Assembly (NCBI GenBank): GCA_031409275.1
Contig: JANNXA010000016.1
Location: forward strand, 196,269-260,268
Length of the DNA stretch: 64,000 nucleotides
Direction: 5' to 3'
DNA from: Planctomycetota bacterium
GTDB taxonomy: Bacteria > Planctomycetota > B15-G4 > SIAN01
The position numbers and the translations under genes were made by a program. The notes under the pieces were generated by a model that made no database searches, was not told where the DNA came from, and saw only the letters and a program-made list of their open reading frames with translations. Shown here piece after piece: positions 40,563 to 50,135 of the stretch. Position 1 is the first letter of the stretch, and the number at the start of each line of letters is the position of its first letter.

Positions 40563-42884
40563 TCAGTGAACTGCGCCCGCCAACGACTGCATCGTGTACC
40601 ACCCGGTCGAGTGGAGGAGCGACTCGTTCGCCTTCGAGCGGACCCCGGGCGCGCTCACTTCTACGACGGTGTTCGCCAGCAACCCGCTGACGTGCAGTCG
40701 CACGGTGCGCGCGTCGATCGGCTCGACGGAAGCGACGGTCAATGGCGTCGTGTCCATCTCTGCCGAGCCGTAGTCGGGGTGGTACTCGTAGCCCCAGCGC
40801 TTGAGGTTCCAGTTCGCGGCGGCGAGCGCGCTCGGCGCGTCGACGGGCGCCGTGAACTCGACCACGAAGCCGTCCTTCTGCGCTCGAATCGCTGCCATCT
40901 CGAAGGGCGTTCTTCCGGTGAACTGCACGCGCTCGAGTCCGTCGCGCCATCCGCCGCGCGAGCCCCACCCACGATCGGTGAGTCCACACCAAAGCGTGGC
41001 GTCGCTCGCGAAGCGCAGCCGATGGACGCCCGACTTGAAGCCCGCCAGGAATGAAAAGCAGGCGCCTTGCGTGACGCGCGCGCCGTCCGCGGTCGTGATG
41101 GTGTCGAGCGCAACGCGCATCACGATCGCCTGCATCTGGTCACCGACGAGGAGCTGGCCGCCAAACGGCCCGAACCGCCCACCGGTCTCGTCGATCGCGA
41201 AATCGGCGACGCTCTGGCCGAGCTTGCCGTACGGGAACCAGATCGCCGGCTCCTGGCGCGGCGGAACCGGATCGCCCTTCTTCCACGCGCGGCCTTCGAC
41301 GTGACGCTGGAACGGAAGAGTCGCCTGATGGCCGTGGAAGCTGCCCGGCAGCATCAACGCCATCTTGTTGGTCGCGACGTAGTCCCCTTGGTTGTCGGTG
41401 TAGGCCATTCCAAGACCCGGCAACCAACCCAGCGCATCCGGAGAGCGCAGCCCGTCGGCGGCGATGCTCATGGCGCCGGACGGGTCGATCTTCACCGCGC
41501 AGCCGCGCGTCGGCACCGTCGCCCCCATCACCGTGTCGCCGCCGGTGTGACCGAGGTTGAGCGTCACCCAGGCGTTGCCGTCGGGGTCGTAACGCGGACC
41601 GAAGGCGTACTCGTGGTAGTTGCCGGTGAGCTGCCACGCGTCGCACACGGTCTCGAAGAGGTCCGCCACGAGATCGCCATCGACGTCGACCAGACGCGTG
41701 AGTTCGCCGCGCTGCGCGAGGAGCACCGACCAGCCGAGCTTCGCGCGCGCGTCGGGGCGCACCGCGACCCCGAGCGGCTCGTGCAGCCCGCTCGCGAAAC
41801 GACGCAGCGTCGGCGGCCGCGGCGGCAACTCGTACGCGCCGTCGATCACGAAGACCTCGCCGCGCCGCGTGCAGACCACCGGCCGGCCATCGGGAAGCAG
41901 ATCGAGGCCGCCGACTTCGAGCGCGACGTCCGCGTCGATCGGCAGCGAAGCGATGACGTAGTGGGCCGACTCGCCTTCGGGGAAGTCGTGCTGCAACTGC
42001 CAATCGAGCGCGACCTGCGCGGCGCGCGGCAGCTCGACGTTGGCGGAGAGGGCAAACTCGAAGCCGCCTTGATCCTGCGAGACCTTCGCCAGCACGTGGT
42101 TCACGCCGCGAGCCAACGGCAGCTTCACCACGTGCGCGTCGGGGTTCATCCCGCGAACCACCGGAGCGTCGATCAGGAGCGAGCCGTTGCACCAAAGACG
42201 CAACCCGTCATCGCTGCCCACCCTCACCTCCAGCAGGTGCGGCGCGCCGCACGTGATCGTGCGATGGAGGTAGACCGCCGCGAAGTCCTGCAGCTCGGCG
42301 GGAAGGCCGCGCTTGAGGTCGATCGTCGCGAAACCGTCGGCGCCGCCGCTGCCCGGCTCGGCGGGCAGTTCGTGCCAGCGCGTCGCGCGACCCGCCTTGT
42401 CGAGATGGTCGCGCGCGCGATCGGGCCCGGGTCCGTTGGCGGCGAAGCGATCGATCTCACTCTCCGGCGAGCGTGGCTCCGCGAGACGCGCCGTGGTCAG
42501 CTCGAACGGGCCGACGAGCGACCACGGCCCCCACTCGACGCCACCGCCGAACCACTGCGCGCGCACCGCCGCCTCGGTGGCCGCGCGTGTCGTCAACTTC
42601 TCGTAGCGCGCGGCACCGATCATCAGGCCGCCCGCCTCCGCTCGAGACGACGGCAGATCCTGCGGCTGCTGCGTTGGCGGTTGCGACTGCTGCCCCGCCG
42701 CCACCGTCACAAAACCAACGAACAGCAGGCCGCCGAACAGGTGGCGGGGATCTTTCTCCCGCTCCACCCGCATACCACCCTCTGCTTCGCCAACTTTCAT
42801 GACCGCTGCCTCCGGGACGTCGCTCGAAAGGGTGCGGATACGGCGGGAGAAAGATCCCCGCCACCAGTGGGTTGGCAGGTTCAT
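40563..42884 (-). CDS. PVC-type glucose/sorbosone-dehydrogenase-like beta-propeller protein with PA14-like domain
   Basis: ATG 42884 overlaps the upstream TGA; GSDDG..LWCNG, LEVGG, FASGLHEPLG, GNYHEYAFG, GLRSP, DNQG, GPFGGQLLVGD. Confidence 0.85.
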   Translation of the reverse strand: MNLPTHWWRGSFSRRIRTLSSDVPEAAVMKVGEAEGGMRVEREKDPRHLFGGLLFVGFVTVAAGQQSQPPTQQPQDLPSSRAEAGGLMIGAARYEKLTTRAATEAAVRAQWFGGGVEWGPWSLVGPFELTTARLAEPRSPESEIDRFAANGPGPDRARDHLDKAGRATRWHELPAEPGSGGADGFATIDLKRGLPAELQDFAAVYLHRTITCGAPHLLEVRVGSDDGLRLWCNGSLLIDAPVVRGMNPDAHVVKLPLARGVNHVLAKVSQDQGGFEFALSANVELPRAAQVALDWQLQHDFPEGESAHYVIASLPIDADVALEVGGLDLLPDGRPVVCTRRGEVFVIDGAYELPPRPPTLRRFASGLHEPLGVAVRPDARAKLGWSVLLAQRGELTRLVDVDGDLVADLFETVCDAWQLTGNYHEYAFGPRYDPDGNAWVTLNLGHTGGDTVMGATVPTRGCAVKIDPSGAMSIAADGLRSPDALGWLPGLGMAYTDNQGDYVATNKMALMLPGSFHGHQATLPFQRHVEGRAWKKGDPVPPRQEPAIWFPYGKLGQSVADFAIDETGGRFGPFGGQLLVGDQMQAIVMRVALDTITTADGARVTQGACFSFLAGFKSGVHRLRFASDATLWCGLTDRGWGSRGGWRDGLERVQFTGRTPFEMAAIRAQKDGFVVEFTAPVDAPSALAAANWNLKRWGYEYHPDYGSAEMDTTPLTVASVEPIDARTVRLHVSGLLANTVVEVSAPGVRSKANESLLHSTGWYTMQSLAGAVH
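42729..42865 (-). repeat. REPIN-like palindrome copy C, inside coding sequence
   Basis: Same arms and tail as copies A and B in reverse orientation; 126-bp core 42740-42865. Confidence 0.85.
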
Positions 42885-45748
42885 CAGCGGATCTCGATGA
42901 AGAGCTTGATCGGGCGGCCGGCCGACGCGGTCAGCGAGATCGACTCCTCGCAACCGAGGCGCGGGTCGACGCCGGATGAGATCTCGCTCTGGAACTCTCG
43001 CGAAGGGACACGCACGGTGACCCCGCCGCTGAGAGTCAGCCGCGCTCGCTCGCCGAGCGGCTGCAGCCAGATCGGCTGATCGTCGCGCGCGCCAGTGATC
43101 GTGACCTTGCGCACGAAGAGGACGTCGGCTCGCGGATCGGGGAGGAACTGCTCCTCGACCTTCACCGCATCCGCGCGCGGAGGGGCGTCGGCGGGAACGC
43201 CGGGTTCCCGCAACTCCCACTGGAAGACCGGTGTGCCATCGGGCTCGATCCGGTAGCCGAGGAACTTCAAGCCATGCGCGCGGCCGCTGTCGGTCGGCCA
43301 GCCGCTCAACGGCTCGAGCGTCAGGAGCGGTCCCGGCGGCGCGCTCCACACCACTTGCCCAAGCTGCCCTGCCACGCCACCGCCGCGCCCTTCCCACACC
43401 GGCGCCACGTCGAGGAAGTCGCCGCTCCACGCCTCGCACAAGCGGACCTGCTCGGCGTCGAACGCGAAGTGCAGCCCGCTCGGTGTTCCGACCGCGATGC
43501 CGCGATTGCCGGCCCGCGCGAGGAACGTCCGAAAGATGACCGGCCGGTCGCCGACGGTCAGCAGCCGCCGATCGCCCGTTGGAACTCCTTCGGGGGCTGG
43601 CATCGTGGCCGCGCGCTCGAACCAATGCCACAAGGCATCGCACTGCCTTGCCGCATCGCCATCGAGCAGCGCGACCTCGCTCTTGCCCGCCTCGAAGTAG
43701 CGCGGCATGCGCGTGCCGGGTTTGAAGCGCGCCGGCGCCAAGGCGTAGGTGGTCCACCACTCGCGGCGCAATCGCTTGCCGAATTGCGTGAAGTCGAGCC
43801 CTGGCGTACCGGCGGAAGGCCGATCGCCAAAGGAGTGGCAGGTGATGCAGTTGAGCCCACCACTCCCGGCGAGCTTGCGACCATCCTGCGCGCGCTGCTC
43901 GGCGGGCGGTCCGCCGGCGGTGACCAGACCATCGGCGATCACGCCGACATCGTCGGTGCGCCACTCGCCATCGAGCGCCGCAAGCCCGCCGACGAGCGCG
44001 TCCTCGACTTCGTTGGAGAAGTGAGGCATTCGCGTCGCGAGATAGGGTCGCGCGCGCGCCCCTTCGCCGATCACGCGGGCGAGCCAGGCCGACTGCAGCT
44101 TCCAGCCGACCCCGTCGAGGCGCGGCGGCAATCGCCCTTCGTCGCCCAAGTCCGCCTCGACACGACTGCGGAAGTAGCCGTTCCACTCGCCGACGCCGCC
44201 GCGCCCTGCCAGTTCGTGGCATGCGCCGCAGTGGTTCAACGCGAAGTGGTCGCGCGCTCGCTCGAGCGGCGCAGGGGAGGCGCCCGCGGCAGTGATCGCT
44301 CGCAGGCTCGCCAATCCCGATCGCAACGCGGTGCGCACGTCGGACGTGAGGGTGTAGCGAGGCGCGCGGCCTTGCGAGGACGCTGCCTCCGCGAGACAGC
44401 CGCGCGAGAGATCGAGCGAAGCGAGCGGCCGTGCGCCAATCGTGACGTCTGCCGCAGCCGCCGGCGTCAAGGCGTGGCAGCGCGCGCAGCCCAGCACTTC
44501 GTAGCTCTTCTTGCCTCGCGCGACCGCTTCCGCCCCGAGCGGAGCTGCCGGCCGTTCCGGCGCCGCCCCGAACTGCTCGACGAGGTAATGGGCCAACGAA
44601 TCGGCCTCGTCGTCCTCGAGGCCGAGCGAGGGCATCGTGCTCGCCCCGCGAACGGCGCTCGGATCGCGCAAGAAGGCCGCAAGCGGTGCCATGCGCCACT
44701 TGCCCTTCAGATCCCCCAAAGGAGCCGGCGGCGCAACCGGAGAGTCGAGCCCGACGGCGGGGACGTCGAGCGGGCCGTGGCAGCCGACGCAACCGACCGA
44801 GTGGTAGAGCTCGCGACCGCGCCGCACGCGATCGGCGTCGACGCTCGTGGAGGCGAAGCCGGGCGCCGCGGCGCCAAACGCCGAGCTCTTCAGGAACGCG
44901 ACGAGATCGGGGGCGCTCGCCGTCGCATTCGCGAGCAACGCGGGCATCGCCGCGTGAGGCTTCAGTGCCGCCGGCGCTGTGATCCAGCGCTCGAGCCACG
45001 CCTCATCCGCGCGCGCGGCGACCTGGGTCAAGTCGAGCTTGCCGCGCGCCACCAACGCACTGCTCGCCCCCGCCGCGTCATGGCACTGCGCGCAACCAAG
45101 GGCACCCATTTGCCGGCGCCCCTCCGCGGAAAGCTCCTCGTCCGCGCAAGCCGCGATCGCCTCCCGCGGTGGCGTCACGACGCGCGACGGCAGCGGCTCG
45201 CGCGCAAATCCGGCGAGCCCGGCGTTGCTGAGCTGCCAGGACGCTTGCAGGCGCGCCCGCTCCTCGCCGCGGCGCGCGAAGGTGATGGCCAGTCGCACGC
45301 TGCCCGGCCGATCGACGCGGACCTTCGTTTCGAGCACCACCTGCTCACCGGCAGCAGCGTCGCGCGCCTCCGCCCGATGCGCCACCCCCGCCGCATCGAT
45401 ACCGACGAGGCTCGCTGATCCGCCCTCGAACTCGACGCTGAAGGTGTAGTCCCCTGCGGCATCGCACGCGACGTCGCCGACGAACTCCACGGCGAGTCCG
45501 CGCATCGGCAGCGTCGGATGGAGCGTTTCCCCTTCGCGCAGCGCGAAGGCCGCGGCGTCGACCCGCTGCCGCCACGCGGACGGCGGTCGCGTCGACAACG
45601 CGAAACCGCGCGGGGTCGATGGTTGCCCACCGCTATGAGATTGCGCCGCCGAGCTTGCCGCGATCGGCGCGATCGGCGCGACACCGATGGCGGTCGCGAA
45701 GAGAAACAGGCCCCGCGCCACGACGGTCATGTGGCCGACGATCGACAT
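42884..45748 (-). CDS. Multihaem c-type cytochrome (five CxxCH), secreted
   Basis: Signal peptide; CAQCH, CVGCH, CARCH, CGACH and CITCH, four followed by MP axial-ligand motifs. Confidence 0.9.
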   Translation of the reverse strand: MSIVGHMTVVARGLFLFATAIGVAPIAPIAASSAAQSHSGGQPSTPRGFALSTRPPSAWRQRVDAAAFALREGETLHPTLPMRGLAVEFVGDVACDAAGDYTFSVEFEGGSASLVGIDAAGVAHRAEARDAAAGEQVVLETKVRVDRPGSVRLAITFARRGEERARLQASWQLSNAGLAGFAREPLPSRVVTPPREAIAACADEELSAEGRRQMGALGCAQCHDAAGASSALVARGKLDLTQVAARADEAWLERWITAPAALKPHAAMPALLANATASAPDLVAFLKSSAFGAAAPGFASTSVDADRVRRGRELYHSVGCVGCHGPLDVPAVGLDSPVAPPAPLGDLKGKWRMAPLAAFLRDPSAVRGASTMPSLGLEDDEADSLAHYLVEQFGAAPERPAAPLGAEAVARGKKSYEVLGCARCHALTPAAAADVTIGARPLASLDLSRGCLAEAASSQGRAPRYTLTSDVRTALRSGLASLRAITAAGASPAPLERARDHFALNHCGACHELAGRGGVGEWNGYFRSRVEADLGDEGRLPPRLDGVGWKLQSAWLARVIGEGARARPYLATRMPHFSNEVEDALVGGLAALDGEWRTDDVGVIADGLVTAGGPPAEQRAQDGRKLAGSGGLNCITCHSFGDRPSAGTPGLDFTQFGKRLRREWWTTYALAPARFKPGTRMPRYFEAGKSEVALLDGDAARQCDALWHWFERAATMPAPEGVPTGDRRLLTVGDRPVIFRTFLARAGNRGIAVGTPSGLHFAFDAEQVRLCEAWSGDFLDVAPVWEGRGGGVAGQLGQVVWSAPPGPLLTLEPLSGWPTDSGRAHGLKFLGYRIEPDGTPVFQWELREPGVPADAPPRADAVKVEEQFLPDPRADVLFVRKVTITGARDDQPIWLQPLGERARLTLSGGVTVRVPSREFQSEISSGVDPRLGCEESISLTASAGRPIKLFIEIR

Positions 45749-45901
45749 GGACGCTCTCCCTCGAATGGCGCGAGCTGCGGCGAGGCGGAAAACGGCGCGG
45801 CTTACCGGCCAACCGCGCCCGCCACAAGGTCGCGATCGTCGCCGTGAGCGCTCCCCCGGATCGGCGCTCTATGCTCCGCGCTTCCTCACGGAGCGCCCTG
45901 G

Positions 45902-46076
45902 CCCGCCGGATTCATGAGCCCCTGCTGCGGCTCGGTCGGTCGACGCATGACCTCGTCGGAAAACCGCGTTCCTTCCTCAGTGGGTCTGCAGACCCGCATC
46001 GTCGGAGCCGCGACTTCCCTCCTCGTCCTGCGCCGACTTCCCGTCGCCTCGCGACGGGGCTCATGAATCAAGCGGG
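45902..46076. mobile_element. MITE type B (175 bp, TIR CCCGCyyGATTCATGAGCCCC-like, CTGG target duplication)
   Basis: Left end CCCGCCGGATTCATGAGCCCC; right end reverse-complements to CCCGCTTGATTCATGAGCCCC; CTGG at 45898-45901 and 46077-46080. Confidence 0.8.
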
Positions 46077-46110
46077 CTGGCTCGGACGCGCGCCGTTCCT
46101 GGAGCGCCGC

Positions 46111-47772
46111 GTGAATCCCCTGTCGCCCCGCCTCGCCCGCTGGCTGATCGCCCTGCTCGCCGTCGCGAGCTTCGATCGCATGGCTCCACCCGCCGCGGCG
46201 GCTCAGGAGGGCGACGATGGTCCGCTCCCCTTCGATGTCGCGCTGGCGAAGTACCAGGTGTGGGTGAAGCGGCCGGCCCTTTTCAAGCGCACGCGCAGTC
46301 GCGAGGAGCTGGCCAAGACCGGCGACACGCGCGCGCTCGAAGCGCTGATCGCCGACTACAAGAAGCCCGAAGAGCCGAAGGACCACGTGCGCTCCCTGAT
46401 CGTCGACTTGACGACGACCCATTGCGGCCGCGACGAGCAGTTGCCGCTCTACGCCAAGTGGCGCGCCGCCGCGAAGAAGCCCGACGATGCGTGGCTGTGG
46501 AACCGTTCGCTGCGGTTGAACGCGCGCTACGACGACTTCGCGACCATCGAGGCGGCGATCGCCAGCGCGCCATCGATCCAGCTGCGCTGCGCCGCGCTCG
46601 CCGCGCTGGTGCCGCCGACTTCGAGCGAGTTCGACCTGCTCGCGCGCCTGCCGGGCTTCCTCACCGCGAAGGTCGGCAAGCCGGCGGAAGAAGGGGTGCT
46701 CGCGCAGACCGTCGCGCAGCTCCTGCTGCAGCAGAAGGCGCAACGCGACGAAGAGCCATTCACCGTCGCGTGCACGGCGGTGATCGCGACGCTCGACTCG
46801 AAGTCGATCCCGCTCTCGTCGAAGCGCGTGGTGGCCCGCTGCCTGGCGCGCCTCTTCGACAAGCAGGGCGTGCCCGACATGAATCCGGACGTGTGGCGAC
46901 GCGAACTCGCCGCGCGCGCGTGGGCGACGCGAAAGGACGGCGACAAGCCGAGCTACGTCGCGAGTTTCGCGGGGATCCCGGCCGGCGGCGTCCGCTTCTG
47001 CTACGTGATCGACTGCTCCGACTCGATGTTGAAGCCGGTGGCGGGACGCGCGAAGGAGAAGGCTTCGGAGACCGGCCCGAAGAAGAAGCCCGATCCCAGC
47101 GGCCTGCCCGCCATCAACTGGGACAAGGTGCACACGCGCTTCGACCTGGCGCGCGAGCTCGTGCTTGCCTCGATCCGCCAGCTCGACGAGCAGAAGCGCT
47201 TCGCGATCGTGCTCTTCGGCGATGGCGCCGATCCGCTCGATTCGACGAAGGAGCTGATCTTCGCCAACAAGAAGAACCTCGCGCGCGTCGAGGCGGAACT
47301 GAACGCGATGGAGCCGGGGCCGGCGTCCGCCGCGCGCCCCGACGGCACGCTGTTGGGCAAGACCAACCTGCAGGGCGGCTTCGATCGCGCCTTCCGCATC
47401 ACCACCAAGGGGCTCGAAGCGACGTCCGATGACGTCGACCTCGACCGCATCGAGGAGGGCGCCGACACGATCTTCCTCTTCAGCGACGGCGAGCCGAGCT
47501 GGGACGATTTCAACGCGATCGACAGCACCGATGCCGAAGACAACATCGGCGATCCCGAGACGCACGCCCCGCTGGCGCGCCTGCCGCTGATCGACTGCTT
47601 CGGCCCTTACGTCGAGCACCACCACCTGCTGAACGAGGTGCGCCGCCTCAACTTCTTCCGCGGCGTCGAGATCCACTGCGTGGGAACCGGCGAGGCGCCG
47701 ATGGGACTGCTGCAACAGCTGGCGAACCTCGGGATGGGAACGGCCAAGCAGATCGGCAAGGATCAGCAGTGA
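46111..47772 (+). CDS. Secreted HEAT-repeat/vWA domain protein
   Basis: GGAG RBS before GTG 46111; signal peptide; MIDAS YVIDCSDSM, GKTNL, IFLFSDGEP, IHCVG. Confidence 0.85.
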   Translation: MNPLSPRLARWLIALLAVASFDRMAPPAAAAQEGDDGPLPFDVALAKYQVWVKRPALFKRTRSREELAKTGDTRALEALIADYKKPEEPKDHVRSLIVDLTTTHCGRDEQLPLYAKWRAAAKKPDDAWLWNRSLRLNARYDDFATIEAAIASAPSIQLRCAALAALVPPTSSEFDLLARLPGFLTAKVGKPAEEGVLAQTVAQLLLQQKAQRDEEPFTVACTAVIATLDSKSIPLSSKRVVARCLARLFDKQGVPDMNPDVWRRELAARAWATRKDGDKPSYVASFAGIPAGGVRFCYVIDCSDSMLKPVAGRAKEKASETGPKKKPDPSGLPAINWDKVHTRFDLARELVLASIRQLDEQKRFAIVLFGDGADPLDSTKELIFANKKNLARVEAELNAMEPGPASAARPDGTLLGKTNLQGGFDRAFRITTKGLEATSDDVDLDRIEEGADTIFLFSDGEPSWDDFNAIDSTDAEDNIGDPETHAPLARLPLIDCFGPYVEHHHLLNEVRRLNFFRGVEIHCVGTGEAPMGLLQQLANLGMGTAKQIGKDQQ

Positions 47773-47827
47773 CCCCTGGAACGGCGGCCGCGGAAACAAC
47801 GTCACCCATCGAAGGAAACGAGGAACC

Positions 47828-48718
47828 ATGAAAGTCGCGGTGATCGGGCTCGGGACGATGGGCGCGCCCATGGCGGCGAACCTGCTGAAGGGCGGCTGCA
47901 CGGTCGTCGTCCACAATCGGACGCGCGCGCGCGAAGAGGCGCTGACACTGCAGGGCGCGACGCGAGCCGCGACGCCGCGCGAAGCGGCGAGCGGCGCCGA
48001 CGTCGTGCTGACCTGCGTCTCCGACACGCCCGATGCGGAGCAGGTCACCCTCGATCCCAAGGAGGGCGTGATCGCCGGCGCCGCGACGGGCGCGCTGGTG
48101 ATCGACTGCTCCTCGATCGCGCCAGCGGGCGCGCGCAAGATCGCCGCCGCATTGGCCGCCAAGGGAATCGGCTACGTCGACGCACCGGTGTCCGGCGGCA
48201 GCGAAGGGGCGCTCAAGGCGACGCTCGCGATCATGTGCGGCGCGACCGACGCCGACTTCGCGCGCGCCAGGCCGGTGCTGGAGAAGATCGGCAAGTCGAT
48301 CGTCCACGTCGGGCCGGTCGGCTGCGGGCAGATCGCGAAGGCGGTGAACCAGGTGGTGATCGCCGGCACCTACCAGGCGATCGCAGAGGGACTGTGCCTC
48401 GCGAAGAAAGCGGGCGCCGATCCGGCGCGCGTGGTGGCCGCCATCGAGAACGGCGCTGCGGCGTCGTGGGTGATGGCGAATCGATCGAAGAACATGCGCG
48501 AGGATCGCTACCCGTTGGGATTCCGCGTGCGCCTCCATCGCAAGGACCTCGCCATCGCGCTGGAGACCGCGCGCGCGGCGCAGTTGCCGCTGCCGATGGC
48601 GAGCTACGTCGCCGCGGTCGAGGATGGCCTGATCGCCAACGGCCACGGCGACGAAGACATGTCGGCGCTGGCGCGCACGGTGCGCCGTGGCGGGAACGTG
48701 CCCGATGGACCGATGTGA
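47828..48718 (+). CDS. NAD(P)-dependent 3-hydroxyisobutyrate dehydrogenase/2-hydroxy-3-oxopropionate reductase family
   Basis: IGLGTMGAPMA, DAPVSGG, catalytic Lys in AKAVNQ, KDL. Confidence 0.95.
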   Translation: MKVAVIGLGTMGAPMAANLLKGGCTVVVHNRTRAREEALTLQGATRAATPREAASGADVVLTCVSDTPDAEQVTLDPKEGVIAGAATGALVIDCSSIAPAGARKIAAALAAKGIGYVDAPVSGGSEGALKATLAIMCGATDADFARARPVLEKIGKSIVHVGPVGCGQIAKAVNQVVIAGTYQAIAEGLCLAKKAGADPARVVAAIENGAAASWVMANRSKNMREDRYPLGFRVRLHRKDLAIALETARAAQLPLPMASYVAAVEDGLIANGHGDEDMSALARTVRRGGNVPDGPM

Positions 48719-48737
48719 GCGCCTGGAGCGATCCGCG

Positions 48738-50135
48738 ATGCATGGCGTCCGAGCGCTCGCGCTGGCGTGGATGATCCCCTTCGCCGCCGGCTGTGCGCAG
48801 CTGCGCGACGACGACGCCGTGACGTCGATCGCAAGCTGGCTCGAGGCGACGGCCGAAACGACGGGGCACGGCTGCGGCTGGCGGAGCTGGCCAGATGCGC
48901 CACCTGACGCGAGCAGCGCCATACGGCCGGTGCCCATCGACCTCTACTCGGGCAGCGCCGGTCCCGTGCTCTTCTTCGCCGAGCTTGGCGCGCGCGCCTC
49001 CGATCCGACCCAGCGCGCGCGCTACGTCGAGTCGGCGCAACGTGGCGCCGAGGAACTGCTGGCGCGACTGCCGGACGCGGCGAAACCGGGCGAGCCGTGC
49101 GGCCTCTACACCGGGATCGCTGGCATCGGCGCGACCCTGCTCGAAACGGGCCGCTTGCTCGATCTGCCGCGCGCGACCGCCGGCGCACGGCGCTGCATCG
49201 CGCTGCTGCAGCAGGCGGCGGAAGTGGCCGGCCACGGCGTGCAGTGGTCCAGCGTCACCGACGTCATCGACGGCGGCGCCGGAATCGGACTCTTCCTGCT
49301 CGCAGCGCACGAGCAACTTGGCGAACCGCTCGCGCTGGAACTCGCCCTGCGCGCCGGTCGGCGCCTCGAACAACTCGCTCGCCGCGAACCGATCGGCCGC
49401 TCGTGGGAGATGGAGCCGGGCTTCGCGTGCGTGATGCCCAACTTCGCGCATGGCACGGCCGGCGTCGCCTTCTTCCTCGCGCGCCTCGCCGAGGTGAGCG
49501 GGGCGACGCGCTTCCTCGACGTGGCTCGTGACGGCGCCGACCATCTGCTGGCGTTGGCTGACCGCAGCGACGGCGGTTGCCGCCTCCATCACCACTCGCC
49601 CGGCGGCGAGGAGCTCTACTACCTCGGCTGGTGCCACGGCCCCGCGGGAACGGCGCGCCTGTTCGCTCAGCTGGCGCGGCAGTGCGGTGACGCGCGCTAC
49701 GGCGACGCCGCGCGCGCCGCGCTGCGGACCCTGCTCGAGAGCGATCTGCCGACGCTGCAGCCCGGCTTCTGGAACAACGTCGGCCAGTGCTGCGGGTCGG
49801 CCGGCGTGATCGAGTTCCTGCTCGAAGCGACGCACGGGGCCGCGCCGATCGATGTCGAGCAGCGAGCCGACGCGCTCGCGGTGGCGCAACGACTCGCGGA
49901 GGACCTGCTTGCACGCGGGCAGCGCGACGCGCGCGGACTCTCCTTTCCGCAGGCCGAGCAGCGCTCGCGTCCCGACACACTCGCCGCCCAGAGCGGCTAC
50001 ATGCAGGGCGCGGCGGGGATCGACCTCGCGCTGCTCCATCTCGAGGCGGTGCGCGACGGGACGTTGCAGGCGCGCTGCACGATGCGCCTCCCCGATGCGT
50101 CGTTCGCGGCTCCGCGGCCGGTGCGCGCACGATGA
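48738..50135 (+). CDS. Lanthionine synthetase C-like (LanC-like) protein, predicted lipoprotein
   Basis: GxxG repeats (LYSGSAG, LYTGIAG), NFAHGTAG, GWCHGPAG, QCCGSAG, YMQGAAG; lipobox-like FAAGC. Confidence 0.88.
   Translation: MHGVRALALAWMIPFAAGCAQLRDDDAVTSIASWLEATAETTGHGCGWRSWPDAPPDASSAIRPVPIDLYSGSAGPVLFFAELGARASDPTQRARYVESAQRGAEELLARLPDAAKPGEPCGLYTGIAGIGATLLETGRLLDLPRATAGARRCIALLQQAAEVAGHGVQWSSVTDVIDGGAGIGLFLLAAHEQLGEPLALELALRAGRRLEQLARREPIGRSWEMEPGFACVMPNFAHGTAGVAFFLARLAEVSGATRFLDVARDGADHLLALADRSDGGCRLHHHSPGGEELYYLGWCHGPAGTARLFAQLARQCGDARYGDAARAALRTLLESDLPTLQPGFWNNVGQCCGSAGVIEFLLEATHGAAPIDVEQRADALAVAQRLAEDLLARGQRDARGLSFPQAEQRSRPDTLAAQSGYMQGAAGIDLALLHLEAVRDGTLQARCTMRLPDASFAAPRPVRAR

Noticed and set aside
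9321..42865. Dispersed repeats as a CRISPR array
   Set aside because: The copies are kilobases apart and palindromic, with no repeat-spacer periodicity and no cas genes.
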